Part shown: one piece after another, positions 29,842-39,377 of the stretch
How the letters are laid out: every line of letters begins with the position of its first letter
How positions within the stretch are numbered: position 1 is the stretch's first letter
Assembly (NCBI GenBank): GCA_020631995.1
Contig: JACKGJ010000001.1
Location: 12,751 to 76,750, forward strand
DNA: 64,000 nt
Reading direction: 5' to 3'
Origin: Candidatus Nomurabacteria bacterium
GTDB taxonomy: Bacteria; Patescibacteriota; Minisyncoccia; Phycocordibacterales; UBA918
Notes under the pieces: generated by a model
Databases searched by the model: none
Told to the model about the DNA's origin: nothing
Seen by the model: the letters and a program-made list of their open reading frames with translations, nothing else
Translations under genes and position numbers: made by a program

Positions 29842-31662
29842 TCACTCTACCGTGACAGATTTTGCCAAATTTCTAGGACGGTCCACATTCAAACCTTTAG
29901 TGGTAGCAAAGTAATAAGCAAACAATTGGAGTGGTACGATTGTTAAAATTGGTGAAAGCATTTCAAGCGTCTTCGGAATCTTGATAGTGTCATCACTCAA
30001 ATCGTCCAGCTCTTTATTTCCTTCAGTAACTACACTAACCACTTTCCCTTTTCTTGCCTTAATCTCTTGGATATTGGATACATTTTTTTCATAAACACTA
30101 TCACTTGGGACAATAGCTAGGGTTGGGAAATGTTCATCAATCATCGCTAGGGGGCCATGCTTCATTTCACCGGCTCCATATCCTTCAGCATGAATATATG
30201 AAACTTCTTTTAATTTCAAAGCCCCTTCGTAGGCAATTGGAAAATTGTATTTTCTCCCAATATAAAGAAAATCTCTTGCCTCAGAATATTTCTGGGCCAC
30301 TTTTTGTATCTCTTCTTTTTTGTCTGTAATTTGTTTAATTTTTTCTGGCAATAATTTAATCTCCTCGGCAATCCTCTTCCCTGTAGATAAGGACATTTGA
30401 CGCTGTCTGCCCAGGAATAGTGTAAGTAATGAAAGTGCGGCCAATTGAGAAACAAAAGCTTTAGTTGAAGCTACTCCCATTTCAGGGCCAGCGTGGTTAT
30501 AAATTCCCGCATCTGTTTCTCGAGCAATAGTTGACCCAACTGTATTCACTATCCCAAGCGTCAGCACTCCCTTTCGTTTAGCTTCACGGATTGCTTCAAG
30601 GGTATCAGCTGTTTCTCCAGACTGAGATACGGCAAGTAAAATGGTATGTTCATCAATTAACGGCTTGCGATAACGGAACTCAGAACCTACCTCAACCTCT
30701 ACCGGGATTCCCGCATATTCTTCAATCATATATTCCCCTACCAGTCCGGCGTAATAGGCAGTACCGCAACCTACAATAATAATTCTTTTCATTGAACGTA
30801 ACTTTTCCGCCACCATTTCTAGTCCGCCGAGCTTAGCCAAACCTTCTTCCACTATCAATCTGCCACGAATAGTGTTTTCAATTACCTCTGGCCCCTCCAT
30901 TATTTCTTTCAACATAAAATGTTCATAGCCACTTTTTCTGGCTTGTTCAACCTCCCATTCAATTGTTTCTTTATCTCGTTTAATTTGACTACTGTCTAGT
31001 TTATATATGAGGTGACTAGATGGTGTGATGACTATCACCTCGCCATCCTGTAGAAAAATAACGTCCTTTGTATAACGTAAAATTGGCGACGGGTCAGAGG
31101 CAATAAAATTTTCACCGTCTCCGATTCCCACAACTACAGGTGCCCCTTGGCGAGCGGCAATAATTTTTTCTGGTTCATTCTTATACGAAACGGCTATACC
31201 ATACGTCCCTTTCACATCATTCAAGGCAGCTATTACTGCTTGTTCAAAATTCTTTTTCTCATCTAGATAGTAGCTAATGAGGTGTGCGAGTACCTCGGTA
31301 TCAGTTGATGAGAGAAAAACCCGTCCTCTCTTAGTTAAAAATTCTTTCAGTTCTTTGAAATTTTCAATGATTCCGTTATGAACTACCCAGATATGCTCTT
31401 TAGCATCATGATGCGGATGAGCATTTATTTCAGTTGGTTCGCCATGAGTAGCCCAGCGTAAATGCGCAATACCACTCTTACCTTTTTCATCTCCCTTAAT
31501 TTTCAGCTTCAAATTCTCGACTGCTCCTACCGATTTAACTGACCCAGTTTCCGCCATATAAATACCAGCAGAATCATAACCACGATATTCCAACGAAGTT
31601 AGGCCATCGAGCAAAATTGGCAGTGATTCCTTCTTTCCTGTGTAAGCAAATATTCCGCACAT
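29842..31662 (-). CDS. glmS: Glutamine--fructose-6-phosphate aminotransferase GlmS
   Basis: MCGIFAY N-terminal nucleophile. Two SIS domains. Ends ...VTVE. Confidence 0.95.
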   Translation of the reverse strand: MCGIFAYTGKKESLPILLDGLTSLEYRGYDSAGIYMAETGSVKSVGAVENLKLKIKGDEKGKSGIAHLRWATHGEPTEINAHPHHDAKEHIWVVHNGIIENFKELKEFLTKRGRVFLSSTDTEVLAHLISYYLDEKKNFEQAVIAALNDVKGTYGIAVSYKNEPEKIIAARQGAPVVVGIGDGENFIASDPSPILRYTKDVIFLQDGEVIVITPSSHLIYKLDSSQIKRDKETIEWEVEQARKSGYEHFMLKEIMEGPEVIENTIRGRLIVEEGLAKLGGLEMVAEKLRSMKRIIIVGCGTAYYAGLVGEYMIEEYAGIPVEVEVGSEFRYRKPLIDEHTILLAVSQSGETADTLEAIREAKRKGVLTLGIVNTVGSTIARETDAGIYNHAGPEMGVASTKAFVSQLAALSLLTLFLGRQRQMSLSTGKRIAEEIKLLPEKIKQITDKKEEIQKVAQKYSEARDFLYIGRKYNFPIAYEGALKLKEVSYIHAEGYGAGEMKHGPLAMIDEHFPTLAIVPSDSVYEKNVSNIQEIKARKGKVVSVVTEGNKELDDLSDDTIKIPKTLEMLSPILTIVPLQLFAYYFATTKGLNVDRPRNLAKSVTVE

Positions 31663-31853
31663 CTTATATTAAATAGTTTATTTATATGGTTGTTCATCAA
31701 ATAATCTGTCCTATTGTTTTAAACATAGGTAGGACTTTAAAAGTTGCACTCTAGATCCTTCAACTAAGACGAGGCTGAAACTTTTTAGAACAAAGTTTGA
31801 CAGCCAATAGAAATGAGTTAATTTAAAGGTTGGGAAAGGCTGGAGGAGAGAGG

Positions 31854-32207
31854 ATGAAAACAACTTTTGGGCAAGTTCGTCTCGGTGCACGATTCAAAGT
31901 GCACGATATGCAGGCGTACCGCACGCTTAGTTGCGTAAAAGTACGCGAATTCACCATCGAAAACGGCGAGATGTATAACGCCGTACAAATCCAACCGATG
32001 AATGGAGCAGGAAGAATACTTTTCGTTGATGACAATATGTCCGTCATACCACAAATTCTGAAGCCCGGGAGAATGTGGGCCACAGAAGAAGGTATAGTTA
32101 TCAAAAAACCACTCGGGTGGAATGATGAAAATATCGACTTCACCCACACTCCTATCGACAGAGACACGTACCAACGTCTCAGGCTCACATCAGCTTTCGC
32201 CGTCTGA
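31854..32207 (+). CDS. Hypothetical protein
   Basis: 117 aa. ATG at 31854 with a GGAGG Shine-Dalgarno upstream, followed by two terminator hairpins. Confidence 0.4.
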   Translation: MKTTFGQVRLGARFKVHDMQAYRTLSCVKVREFTIENGEMYNAVQIQPMNGAGRILFVDDNMSVIPQILKPGRMWATEEGIVIKKPLGWNDENIDFTHTPIDRDTYQRLRLTSAFAV

Positions 32208-32217
32208 AGTGCAGACG

Positions 32218-32258
32218 CTCCGCGGAGAACATTCAGTTCTCTGCGGAGTTTATTTTTT
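32218..32258 (+). terminator. Intrinsic terminator
   Basis: ctccgcggag...ctctgcggag stem followed by TTTATTTTTT. Confidence 0.6.
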
Positions 32259-32291
32259 AACGATGTAACTAAGCTGAAACTTTTGACATAT

Positions 32292-32322
32292 AAAAAGCCG
32301 TGACATCGTCACGGCTTTCTCT
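32292..32322. terminator. Bidirectional terminator hairpin
   Basis: aaaaagccgtgac-atc-gtcacggctttct. Confidence 0.6.
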
Positions 32323-32792
32323 ATCTGTCTGGTCCGAGGTTAAGGGAATAAATGCGATACTTGTCGCAACACCCTCCGCCACAACCTGTAGGTCGCTCGC
32401 CATATACGCCAGCGAACTGAACGAGTATCAATCAACCGATACCCATATCTCGAAATGAGTTCAGTGTCCCGACCCCATTTGTATGACACTCCCTGGTTGT
32501 TACAGGAGAATGTATAAACACCAGGCGGTTCAATATTTAACCTGACATAAATCACGAATGGTTTCCGCCTAGCTCGACAAGACAACAAAAAGGGATGAAA
32601 TCCTAGTGCAGCCAAGTCAGGTTCTAGTTCAGCTCTACCAAGCACCTCACACCTCCTTCCTTTCTGGAGTTCAATCAAATCTCAGACTACACTAATCTAA
32701 AAAATTGTGAAGTTTCTTTGCAACACTCTTGTGGTGGCAAGTTGGAACTATTATCAAGAGGGTCACTTCGCTAGGCCTTCTTTATAAGACTT

Positions 32793-33485
32793 CTATTCAA
32801 TTTTGTCTGATTTCTTTAGATTGCATTTTGCACAAAGCAATCTGACATTATTAACCAGAAGACTTGTTCCCCCTCTTGAAAAAGGTAGATCGTGGTCAAA
32901 ATGTAAATTTTTTGAACCACCACATAACACACACTTTCCCTGATCTCTTTTCCATACATCCTTTTTCACATGTGATGGTATTAATCTTGTGTGACTTAAT
33001 TTCAAATCTTCCCTATCAAAATTTTCTGCTTTATCAGATAATTTCAATATGTATTTAAATACATTGCGCTTACCATCATTTACTATCTTGTAGTCTATAA
33101 GATCAAAGTAACCCTTTAGGGACCAAACTCCTTCAAAGATTTTCTCATAAACTTTTACAATTTCAGGCTTGGTCCCGCTTTCCTTATACGCGTTTACAGC
33201 TTTTATAAAAAGACCATTTTGGGTTATTTTTCCACTAGGTAATTTTTCTGGCTGATCTTGTACCTTAGGATTTTCAGCATAGTTTTTTGCCAAATTATGT
33301 CCTTCATATTCAATAGTTACTCCATCCTCATTAATTCTATCTGAGTAAGGTGCATTGGATTTCTGAGACATAAGAAAAACAGAATACGAAGGGTTCATAC
33401 GAAAATTCATCCCGCGTTGCACTGTCTGCACGTTTTCCGCATCACACATCTCCCTATAACTTAATATGTCATCTAAAATCTCCAT
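32793..33485 (-). CDS. HNH endonuclease with uncharacterised ~170-aa N-terminal domain
   Basis: C-terminal CVLCGG...HFDHDLPFSRGG...CAKCN, an HNH zinc finger. Confidence 0.7.
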   Translation of the reverse strand: MEILDDILSYREMCDAENVQTVQRGMNFRMNPSYSVFLMSQKSNAPYSDRINEDGVTIEYEGHNLAKNYAENPKVQDQPEKLPSGKITQNGLFIKAVNAYKESGTKPEIVKVYEKIFEGVWSLKGYFDLIDYKIVNDGKRNVFKYILKLSDKAENFDREDLKLSHTRLIPSHVKKDVWKRDQGKCVLCGGSKNLHFDHDLPFSRGGTSLLVNNVRLLCAKCNLKKSDKIE

Positions 33486-33640
33486 AACAATCGCAGCTTA
33501 TCACAGAGAATGACTTTTCGCAGCAAACTACATAGATGCCCAACAACTCAAATTTGTTGACTTCGTCTATCTACAAATTTTCTTCACCTAGCTTAACAAT
33601 ACTTTCCCACAAAAAATATTATTTTAGCTATTTGGAACTG

Positions 33641-34240
33641 TTAAACTTTAAAGTTATACCACTTTGCATCACGTATCTTTTTTAACTTCACTCCAATAGA
33701 ACCTAGAGACAACTGTTCAACATTTTGCAAGAAATCAATTAACTTTTTTGAGGGTGCGTTAGGTAAAAACCAGTACTCTTCCGAATGTAGAACTTCAAGT
33801 ATTTTTCCTTTTCTTGTCTCATACTCTGCTTTATCATCAGTAGTGTCTGCCAACTCCACAAGTTTCTCTTGAATTACTCTGGTTTTTTGGTCCATTGAAA
33901 TAGGTAAGTAAGATCTGATCAATTTAAGAGATTCCTCCGCAAGACTGCAAGCCTTAAAGAACTCAGATATTTTGTTTAGTTCGTCACTATCAAAATCCTT
34001 TACGAATATGTGTTGCGCTTCATTCCAATGGTTTGAGGGAAGAATAAAACTATAATCAGTAACGACTTTACTCTTTTTTATATTATTAATCTCTTTTTCT
34101 GCAAGAAGAATATCATTCAAAATGATAGTCGCTAACTCAATTTTTCTATCTCTTTTATTATATAAATATACAGACCAAGCAACGAGACCAGTAATCAAGG
34201 TTGCAAGTCCACTAAACACGTACTGAAAGAAAAAAAACAT
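33641..34240 (-). CDS. TM-anchored hypothetical protein (orphan)
   Basis: One N-terminal TM and a helical soluble domain. No recognisable motif. GC content well below the rest of the window. Confidence 0.35.
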   Translation of the reverse strand: MFFFFQYVFSGLATLITGLVAWSVYLYNKRDRKIELATIILNDILLAEKEINNIKKSKVVTDYSFILPSNHWNEAQHIFVKDFDSDELNKISEFFKACSLAEESLKLIRSYLPISMDQKTRVIQEKLVELADTTDDKAEYETRKGKILEVLHSEEYWFLPNAPSKKLIDFLQNVEQLSLGSIGVKLKKIRDAKWYNFKV

Positions 34241-34281
34241 TATTATTATTTTTATATATCCCTGAACCTACTTCAACTTTG

Positions 34282-34352
34282 CTGCCAGACTTGGACTCGA
34301 ACCAAGATACACGGTACCAGAAACCGTAGTCCTACCATTAGACGATCTGGCA
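34282..34352 (-). tRNA. tRNA-Gln (anticodon CTG)
   Basis: Cloverleaf folded by hand: acceptor TGCCAGA/TCTGGCA, anticodon loop TTCTGGT, T-loop TTCGAGT. No CCA encoded. Confidence 0.85.
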
Positions 34353-34761
34353 AAAATCATCATCTTCTAGATACTAGAAAACGCACTGTGATAGTGCGTT
34401 TGCTAGATTAGCATATTGAGTGAAAAATTTCACTGGTATACAGATTCTCTTACAACATCATTGACGCCATTATCATATACATAAAGAGTAGTATATATAA
34501 GCCAATCGATGTCAATACAGACGCTACAGAAGCATATCCTAAGACCGCCAAACAACGTTTAATAAACGAGTCTGAGTTCAGCCAACCTTTGTAGCTATGA
34601 GTGTCCTCTGGAAATAAACTTTTCATTTCAATACTTAAATTAAACTTGTTGAAAAGGGATGGGATGCAAGGCACGAGCGAAGCCCGGACCGAGCCGTACA
34701 CGGTAGTACGGTGAGGGAGGACTGGAGCGAGTAACGCAGCAGACCGCCCTTTTCGGCAAGT

Positions 34762-35034
34762 TTACCGTGTCTTTTGGAAGCAGTCCTTACACTTCAGGTT
34801 GGAAGTATCTCTCGGTTCAAACGGCAAAGAAGTAATCGCATTACCACAACCAGCGCAAGTCCAATTACCTTCAAACATCTTTCGATCTCCTCGGTCACTG
34901 TTTTGGCGCGGTGCGCTGCCCTTTTGCTTTTGGTGACAGTCACGACACATTAGACCCTCTTCACTTCTAGGCTCAAATGGTAATTCCGTGATGGTCGCTC
35001 CACAGCCGCTACACTTCCAATTTCCTTGATGCAT
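34762..35034 (-). CDS. Tandem zinc-ribbon protein
   Basis: Two repeats of GNW-C-GCG...LPFEPR...C-DC-QK, giving 2 x CxxC...CxxC. Confidence 0.5.
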   Translation of the reverse strand: MHQGNWKCSGCGATITELPFEPRSEEGLMCRDCHQKQKGSAPRQNSDRGDRKMFEGNWTCAGCGNAITSLPFEPRDTSNLKCKDCFQKTR

Positions 35035-35060
35035 ATTTCGATATTATTTTTATTTGCCCC

Positions 35061-35738
35061 CTATTTGGTGCTTTCTTCATTATACGGTGGAAAGAGCGTT
35101 TCTTCTAGGAACCAGGTGCATTTCTTCTCTTCTTCCGTACTCGGCTCGCAAGTGAAGTGGAGAATGCCGGTATTGGGAATTTGTCTGTGTCCGATGAGCC
35201 CCTTAAGAAACTTCAAAAGTGATAATGGTTGGTTATAGCAAACGGTTTCTGCAAACATTCCCATAAATATGCCGTGCGACACTACCGCTATCCTTTGTCC
35301 AGGAAGCGACTCTACCATCAGTCTTGCGTCCCGGACTCGCTCTCGCACGTGCGCCAAGTTTTCCGCTCCGGCTTCGTTCCACAAGAGATTAAGGCGATTA
35401 CGGTAGAGATTTATAAAGTAACGAAAAGAAATCAAAGAAAAGTGGTGTCTGCCATAAACAGAAAGGGGGCGGCCAATTTCTCGCACTGATGGTTCAATAC
35501 TGTACGTAGTATCAATAACCTCAGCAATCATATCAGCCGTCTGCCTTGCCCTTAAATAATTACTTGAAATTAAAGTGTCGATTTCTTTGTCTTGCAAGAA
35601 AGCAACGACTTGCCTCACGCCTTCGCGACCAGCCGGAGTCAAAGGCTCTTCCGGCCCTTGGTGAATACGGCGCAGGTTCATTTTTGTCTGTCCGTGTCGG
35701 ATAAAGAAAACTTCTTTTCGCTTCTTTACTTCTGACAT
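35061..35738 (-). CDS. Histidine phosphatase family protein (phosphoglycerate-mutase-like)
   Basis: RHGQT catalytic motif near the N-terminus. Confidence 0.7.
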   Translation of the reverse strand: MSEVKKRKEVFFIRHGQTKMNLRRIHQGPEEPLTPAGREGVRQVVAFLQDKEIDTLISSNYLRARQTADMIAEVIDTTYSIEPSVREIGRPLSVYGRHHFSLISFRYFINLYRNRLNLLWNEAGAENLAHVRERVRDARLMVESLPGQRIAVVSHGIFMGMFAETVCYNQPLSLLKFLKGLIGHRQIPNTGILHFTCEPSTEEEKKCTWFLEETLFPPYNEESTK

Positions 35739-36760
35739 AAATCAACTATAGCCACTTCAAGTGGTAGAGATGGTATTTGAGAACGAGTGGTGAGTTCTGC
35801 AGTGTCTAGGAGTCGAAGCAACATATGTGAATTAACTGGTGACTTTGGGTCTGTGGCAAGCTTTTCTAAGAAAGCAGATTCCTCTTCTGAATAATTAGCT
35901 AGGATGTCTACTCGTCGGGCTGGCAGATTGCGCAGTAATATAACGGCGCGAGCTCGCTCTAACAGTAGTCTGACAAACAGTCTCATATCAGTACTGGAAG
36001 CAGTTGCTTTAGCAACGGTTTCTAAAGCACGTTCGACATTCTTCTCACTAAGTGCCTCCACTACTTCTACTAGAAGATGTCCACGTGGTGCCCCAATTAT
36101 TGTAGCGACTTCATCAGCTTTTAGAGTCTCATCGCTTGACGCCATCATTACTTTCTGAAGAATACCGAGTGCATCACGGAATGAACCATCAGCTGCGATG
36201 GCGATTAAATCAGCTGCCTCAGGGTCAAGTTTACATTTCTCTTTTTTGGCTACGTCTGTAACTGTTTCCTTGAGAACGGTTCGTGACGGTGAGCGAAAAC
36301 GAAATACCTGACAGCGTGACTTGATAGTATCGAGGAGCTTATCCTCTTCAGTGGTAGCTAAGATAAATACTACATGAGCCGGTGGTTCTTCTAGGGTCTT
36401 AAGGAGCGCATTAAAGGCTTCCTTGGTGAGCATATGGACCTCATCGATGATGTACACCTTACGTTCTGATTGATATGGCAAAGTATGTACTGCTTCTTTG
36501 AGCTCTCTGATGTCATCAATGCCACGATTTGAAGCAGCGTCGATTTCATAAAGGTCGTTATCACTCACCCCAATGGCACGAGCGAAGATACGTGCGAGTG
36601 TCGTCTTTCCAGTACCACGAGAACCACAAAACAAGAGTGCGTGTGGAATAGCGTTCTTCTTAATGGCTCCCTCTAAGACTGTGACAATGTGTTCCTGGTC
36701 ACGCACTTCACTAAAATCAGATGGGCGATACTTACGATATAAAGCTAAGGTTTCAGACAT
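35726..36760 (-). CDS. dnaX: DNA polymerase III gamma/tau subunit (short form)
   Basis: Walker A GSRGTGKTT, DEVH box (IDEVHMLT), SRC motif. Confidence 0.8.
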   Translation of the reverse strand: MSETLALYRKYRPSDFSEVRDQEHIVTVLEGAIKKNAIPHALLFCGSRGTGKTTLARIFARAIGVSDNDLYEIDAASNRGIDDIRELKEAVHTLPYQSERKVYIIDEVHMLTKEAFNALLKTLEEPPAHVVFILATTEEDKLLDTIKSRCQVFRFRSPSRTVLKETVTDVAKKEKCKLDPEAADLIAIAADGSFRDALGILQKVMMASSDETLKADEVATIIGAPRGHLLVEVVEALSEKNVERALETVAKATASSTDMRLFVRLLLERARAVILLRNLPARRVDILANYSEEESAFLEKLATDPKSPVNSHMLLRLLDTAELTTRSQIPSLPLEVAIVDLCQK

Positions 36761-36804
36761 ATTTGAGTAGTATAAAGTGAAAAGTCTAAAGTATAAAGTT
36801 TAAT

Positions 36805-36838
36805 AGAAAACGGGCGGCCAGAGGCCACCCGTTTTCGT
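36805..36838 (-). terminator. Intrinsic terminator
   Basis: gggtggcc-tct-ggccgccc followed by gttttctatt on the minus strand. Confidence 0.5.
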
Positions 36839-36852
36839 CACAAATTGAGTGA

Positions 36853-37281
36853 TTAACTCGTAGCCTTAGTCACTTTCTTAGCTGCTTTTTTGGTAGCTTT
36901 TTTAACAGTCTTCTTAGTGGTTTTTTTAGCACTGTTCGCACCCTTGGCAATCTTATGCCAGTAGTCCATCATCTCCTTCTTGAATTCTGCAATCTCGTTC
37001 TTGGAAGTCCCTTGCACCTTACTGTATCCAGCGGCAATACCACTAATGAGAGCCTGGTACTCGTCAGCAGTCATCTCTCCGGCTTTTTCCATTGCTTCGA
37101 GAGCTTCGCCCTTCGCTTTTAACATCCATCCCTTTACCTTCTTACGATTCTTAGCGGCATTAGGACTGCCATAGAGGAAGTATGCGCCAGCTGCAGCTAC
37201 GGCCGCAGTCGTGAGCGCAACTCCAATACCTACCTTTTCTCCACCTGAAAGTTCTGACTTCTTTGTTGCTTTCTTTGCCAT
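36853..37281 (-). CDS. Lysine-rich, histone-tail-like membrane-anchored protein
   Basis: TM helix and a KKTTKKTVKKATKKAAKKVTK C-terminal tail. Confidence 0.4.
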   Translation of the reverse strand: MAKKATKKSELSGGEKVGIGVALTTAAVAAAGAYFLYGSPNAAKNRKKVKGWMLKAKGEALEAMEKAGEMTADEYQALISGIAAGYSKVQGTSKNEIAEFKKEMMDYWHKIAKGANSAKKTTKKTVKKATKKAAKKVTKATS

Positions 37282-37299
37282 AGATAAATTGAATTAACG

Positions 37300-37578
37300 C
37301 TAATCAACATCTTCCGTCTGCTTTCTGCGCGAACGCTTACTCTTAATGAACAGACCAATGATTTGTGAAATCAAACTGCCTTCAACGATGTATGTGCGCA
37401 ATTGCTGAATGTCGTCAGCAATCACTTCGCTACTCTCATCTATACGTTCGGTAATATTACGGACCGAACTTAAAATCTTAATAACGAAATACATCGCGAC
37501 GCAAAGGAAGACTGTGAAGACGACTACCGCCATCGCGGTGATTAAAAAGAAAATATTCGCCTGCAAAACCTCGGTCAT
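37300..37578 (-). CDS. Small membrane protein (DUF948-like)
   Basis: Start trimmed to MTEVLQ (GGGGAG Shine-Dalgarno upstream). One TM followed by a coiled coil. Confidence 0.4.
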   Translation of the reverse strand: MTEVLQANIFFLITAMAVVVFTVFLCVAMYFVIKILSSVRNITERIDESSEVIADDIQQLRTYIVEGSLISQIIGLFIKSKRSRRKQTEDVD

Positions 37579-37627
37579 AGTTATATTATAACTCCCCTCT
37601 GGAATCAAAACCAGACTTATTAACAAC

Positions 37628-37662
37628 AAAGCCCGACTTCCGCAATTACGGAAGTCGGGCTC
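37628..37662 (-). terminator. Intrinsic terminator
   Basis: gcccgacttccg-loop-cggaagtcgggc followed by TTTGTTGTT on the minus strand. Confidence 0.65.
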
Positions 37663-37675
37663 GGACTGATTCACT

Positions 37676-38218
37676 TCACTCAACAACTGTGGCGAGCATA
37701 ACACCTTGCTCTACCAGTATTGGCTTCGATGATGGCGCACAAGAGTCTGCCGGGAATCCTTTACGTATAAACTCCTTGGATGTGCCATTGTCTGTCTTGT
37801 ATTCTGGATCAGCAATATGTGGGTCCAAAGGGTTCGGCCATGCCAAGGCGTAAGTCTGTGCGTACACTTGCACGGGGTAGAAACCCACACCCACCGGGAC
37901 GCCCTCGATGAACACTACGTATGCACGCTGGACAGCACCAATGTATGTCAGCTGTCCGGCCTCGACCAAACCACAGACCTGATTGTCTTCGGCGTTCTCG
38001 TAGAGTCCGCTGATAGCAATGTCTTCGAGTGCCTCACGATTGAAACAAACTAAGACGAGTTCAGTCCGATCCATGACCGGCAGACTCGGCAAATCAATTT
38101 CAACCGTCTTTGTCTGAACAAACTTGGTCATCTGTCCAGAATGAGCAATCGTTGCTGAGTACAGCAACGTGGACGCAACGCTGCATACTGTGAGTATTTT
38201 TGTCCGCAAGAACATCAC
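37676..38218 (-). CDS. Secreted hypothetical protein
   Basis: Signal peptide, 180 aa. Confidence 0.35.
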   Translation of the reverse strand: MMFLRTKILTVCSVASTLLYSATIAHSGQMTKFVQTKTVEIDLPSLPVMDRTELVLVCFNREALEDIAISGLYENAEDNQVCGLVEAGQLTYIGAVQRAYVVFIEGVPVGVGFYPVQVYAQTYALAWPNPLDPHIADPEYKTDNGTSKEFIRKGFPADSCAPSSKPILVEQGVMLATVVE

Positions 38219-38300
38219 ACCACTCCCTGTTTTGGTTGCCTCAGGAAAACTAATTACTAGCTTACACCTTTCATTCCGCGACGCAATTGTCTATCCTGCT

Positions 38301-39299
38301 TTATTTATTTTCTTCAAGAAAAGTATTCAGAATATCAGCCATTTTTTCAGAGTTATCTTGTTCCATTAAAACTGCACGTAAATCATGTGCTCCATCAAAA
38401 CCATTGATGTATGCCTTGTAGTGCTTTTTCATAACAGCAAAGCTTTTATGGGGAAGAAGTTCTTCAAACAATTTTGTATGTTCAATTAATGCTGTAAATC
38501 GTTCTTCCAAACTCACGTTGGAAATATCTTTCTCAGGATGGAAAAGCCAAGGGTTACCAAAGATCGCTCTACCTAGCATCACACCATCCGCTCCAGTTGC
38601 AGAAGCTTTCTGCTCTGCATCTTCAAGCGATAAAGCATCACCATTTCCTAATATCAAAGTTTCACTCTTTAAAGCATCACGTATCTCTACTGCACGAGCC
38701 ACTCTCTCCCAGTGGGCTGGTACCTTCGACATTTCTTTACGTGTGCGAGCGTGTATAGTTACTACCGCAGGTTTCTCAGCAAGGAGTAGCGGTAACCATT
38801 CTTCAAGTTCATCTTTATTGTATCCAAGTCTAGTCTTTACCGAAACAGGCAAGTCAGGTGCTCCGCGTTTCGCTGCTCGTATAATTGCTGCGGCTTTTTC
38901 TGGATTCTTTATCATCGCTGAACCACAGCCCTGCTTCTCGATACCTTTGTCCGGACATCCCATATTTATATCAATGCCGTCAAAGCCAAGGTCAGCACAC
39001 AACGCTGCCGCTTGCTCCATATATTCTTCGTTTGAACTAAACAACTGAGCGACAATTGGCCTTTCTTCTTCAGTGTATTTAAGGTCTGCCATCAGCTTCT
39101 CTCGACCTTCCGGTGTAGCTCGACAAAGTCCGTCAGCAGAAACGAACTCAGTCCAAAAAACATCAGGACCACCCTCTGTACCGTCTGCACGAGTGTGGCA
39201 TGAATACTTAGCAATCATTCGACGAAAAGCCGCATCAGTGACGTCGGCAAGCGGAGCTAAAACCAATATAGGTCGTGGTAATTCTTTCCAGAAATTCAT
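38301..39299 (-). CDS. dus: tRNA-dihydrouridine synthase
   Basis: LAPLADVTDAAFRRM..., INMGCP active-site Cys, TIM barrel. Start trimmed to MNFWKE. Confidence 0.8.
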   Translation of the reverse strand: MNFWKELPRPILVLAPLADVTDAAFRRMIAKYSCHTRADGTEGGPDVFWTEFVSADGLCRATPEGREKLMADLKYTEEERPIVAQLFSSNEEYMEQAAALCADLGFDGIDINMGCPDKGIEKQGCGSAMIKNPEKAAAIIRAAKRGAPDLPVSVKTRLGYNKDELEEWLPLLLAEKPAVVTIHARTRKEMSKVPAHWERVARAVEIRDALKSETLILGNGDALSLEDAEQKASATGADGVMLGRAIFGNPWLFHPEKDISNVSLEERFTALIEHTKLFEELLPHKSFAVMKKHYKAYINGFDGAHDLRAVLMEQDNSEKMADILNTFLEENK

Positions 39300-39377
39300 G
39301 GGCGTTAGACTAACATATCTTGCAGTGCGCGAGAAATGGTGTGTATAATTAGAGTCAGTTAACAAGGGAGGTTCACA

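Noticed and set aside
31663-31853. Possible glmS ribozyme in the 5' leader of glmS
   Set aside because: The reverse-complemented leader lacks the conserved glmS ribozyme core sequences. It is AT-rich with only a short stem. The GACGAGG-like string occurs on the opposite strand only.
32340-32678. 112-aa ORF as a real protein
   Set aside because: Arg/Trp-rich low-complexity translation typical of out-of-frame or antisense GC-rich DNA. No start context. Bracketed by terminators. Treated as non-coding or a remnant instead.
32340-32700. RNase P RNA or tmRNA
   Set aside because: Conserved P4 (AGGAAAGTCCGGGCTCC) and GGTAAGGGTGAAA motifs are absent. No tRNA-like acceptor/T-arm pair and no UUCGACGGG element.
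34650-34760. SRP (4.5S) RNA or RNase P fragment
   Set aside because: Only a partial GTCCGGGCT match to P4 with no other RNase P blocks. No GGAAGGAAGCAGC SRP domain IV motif.
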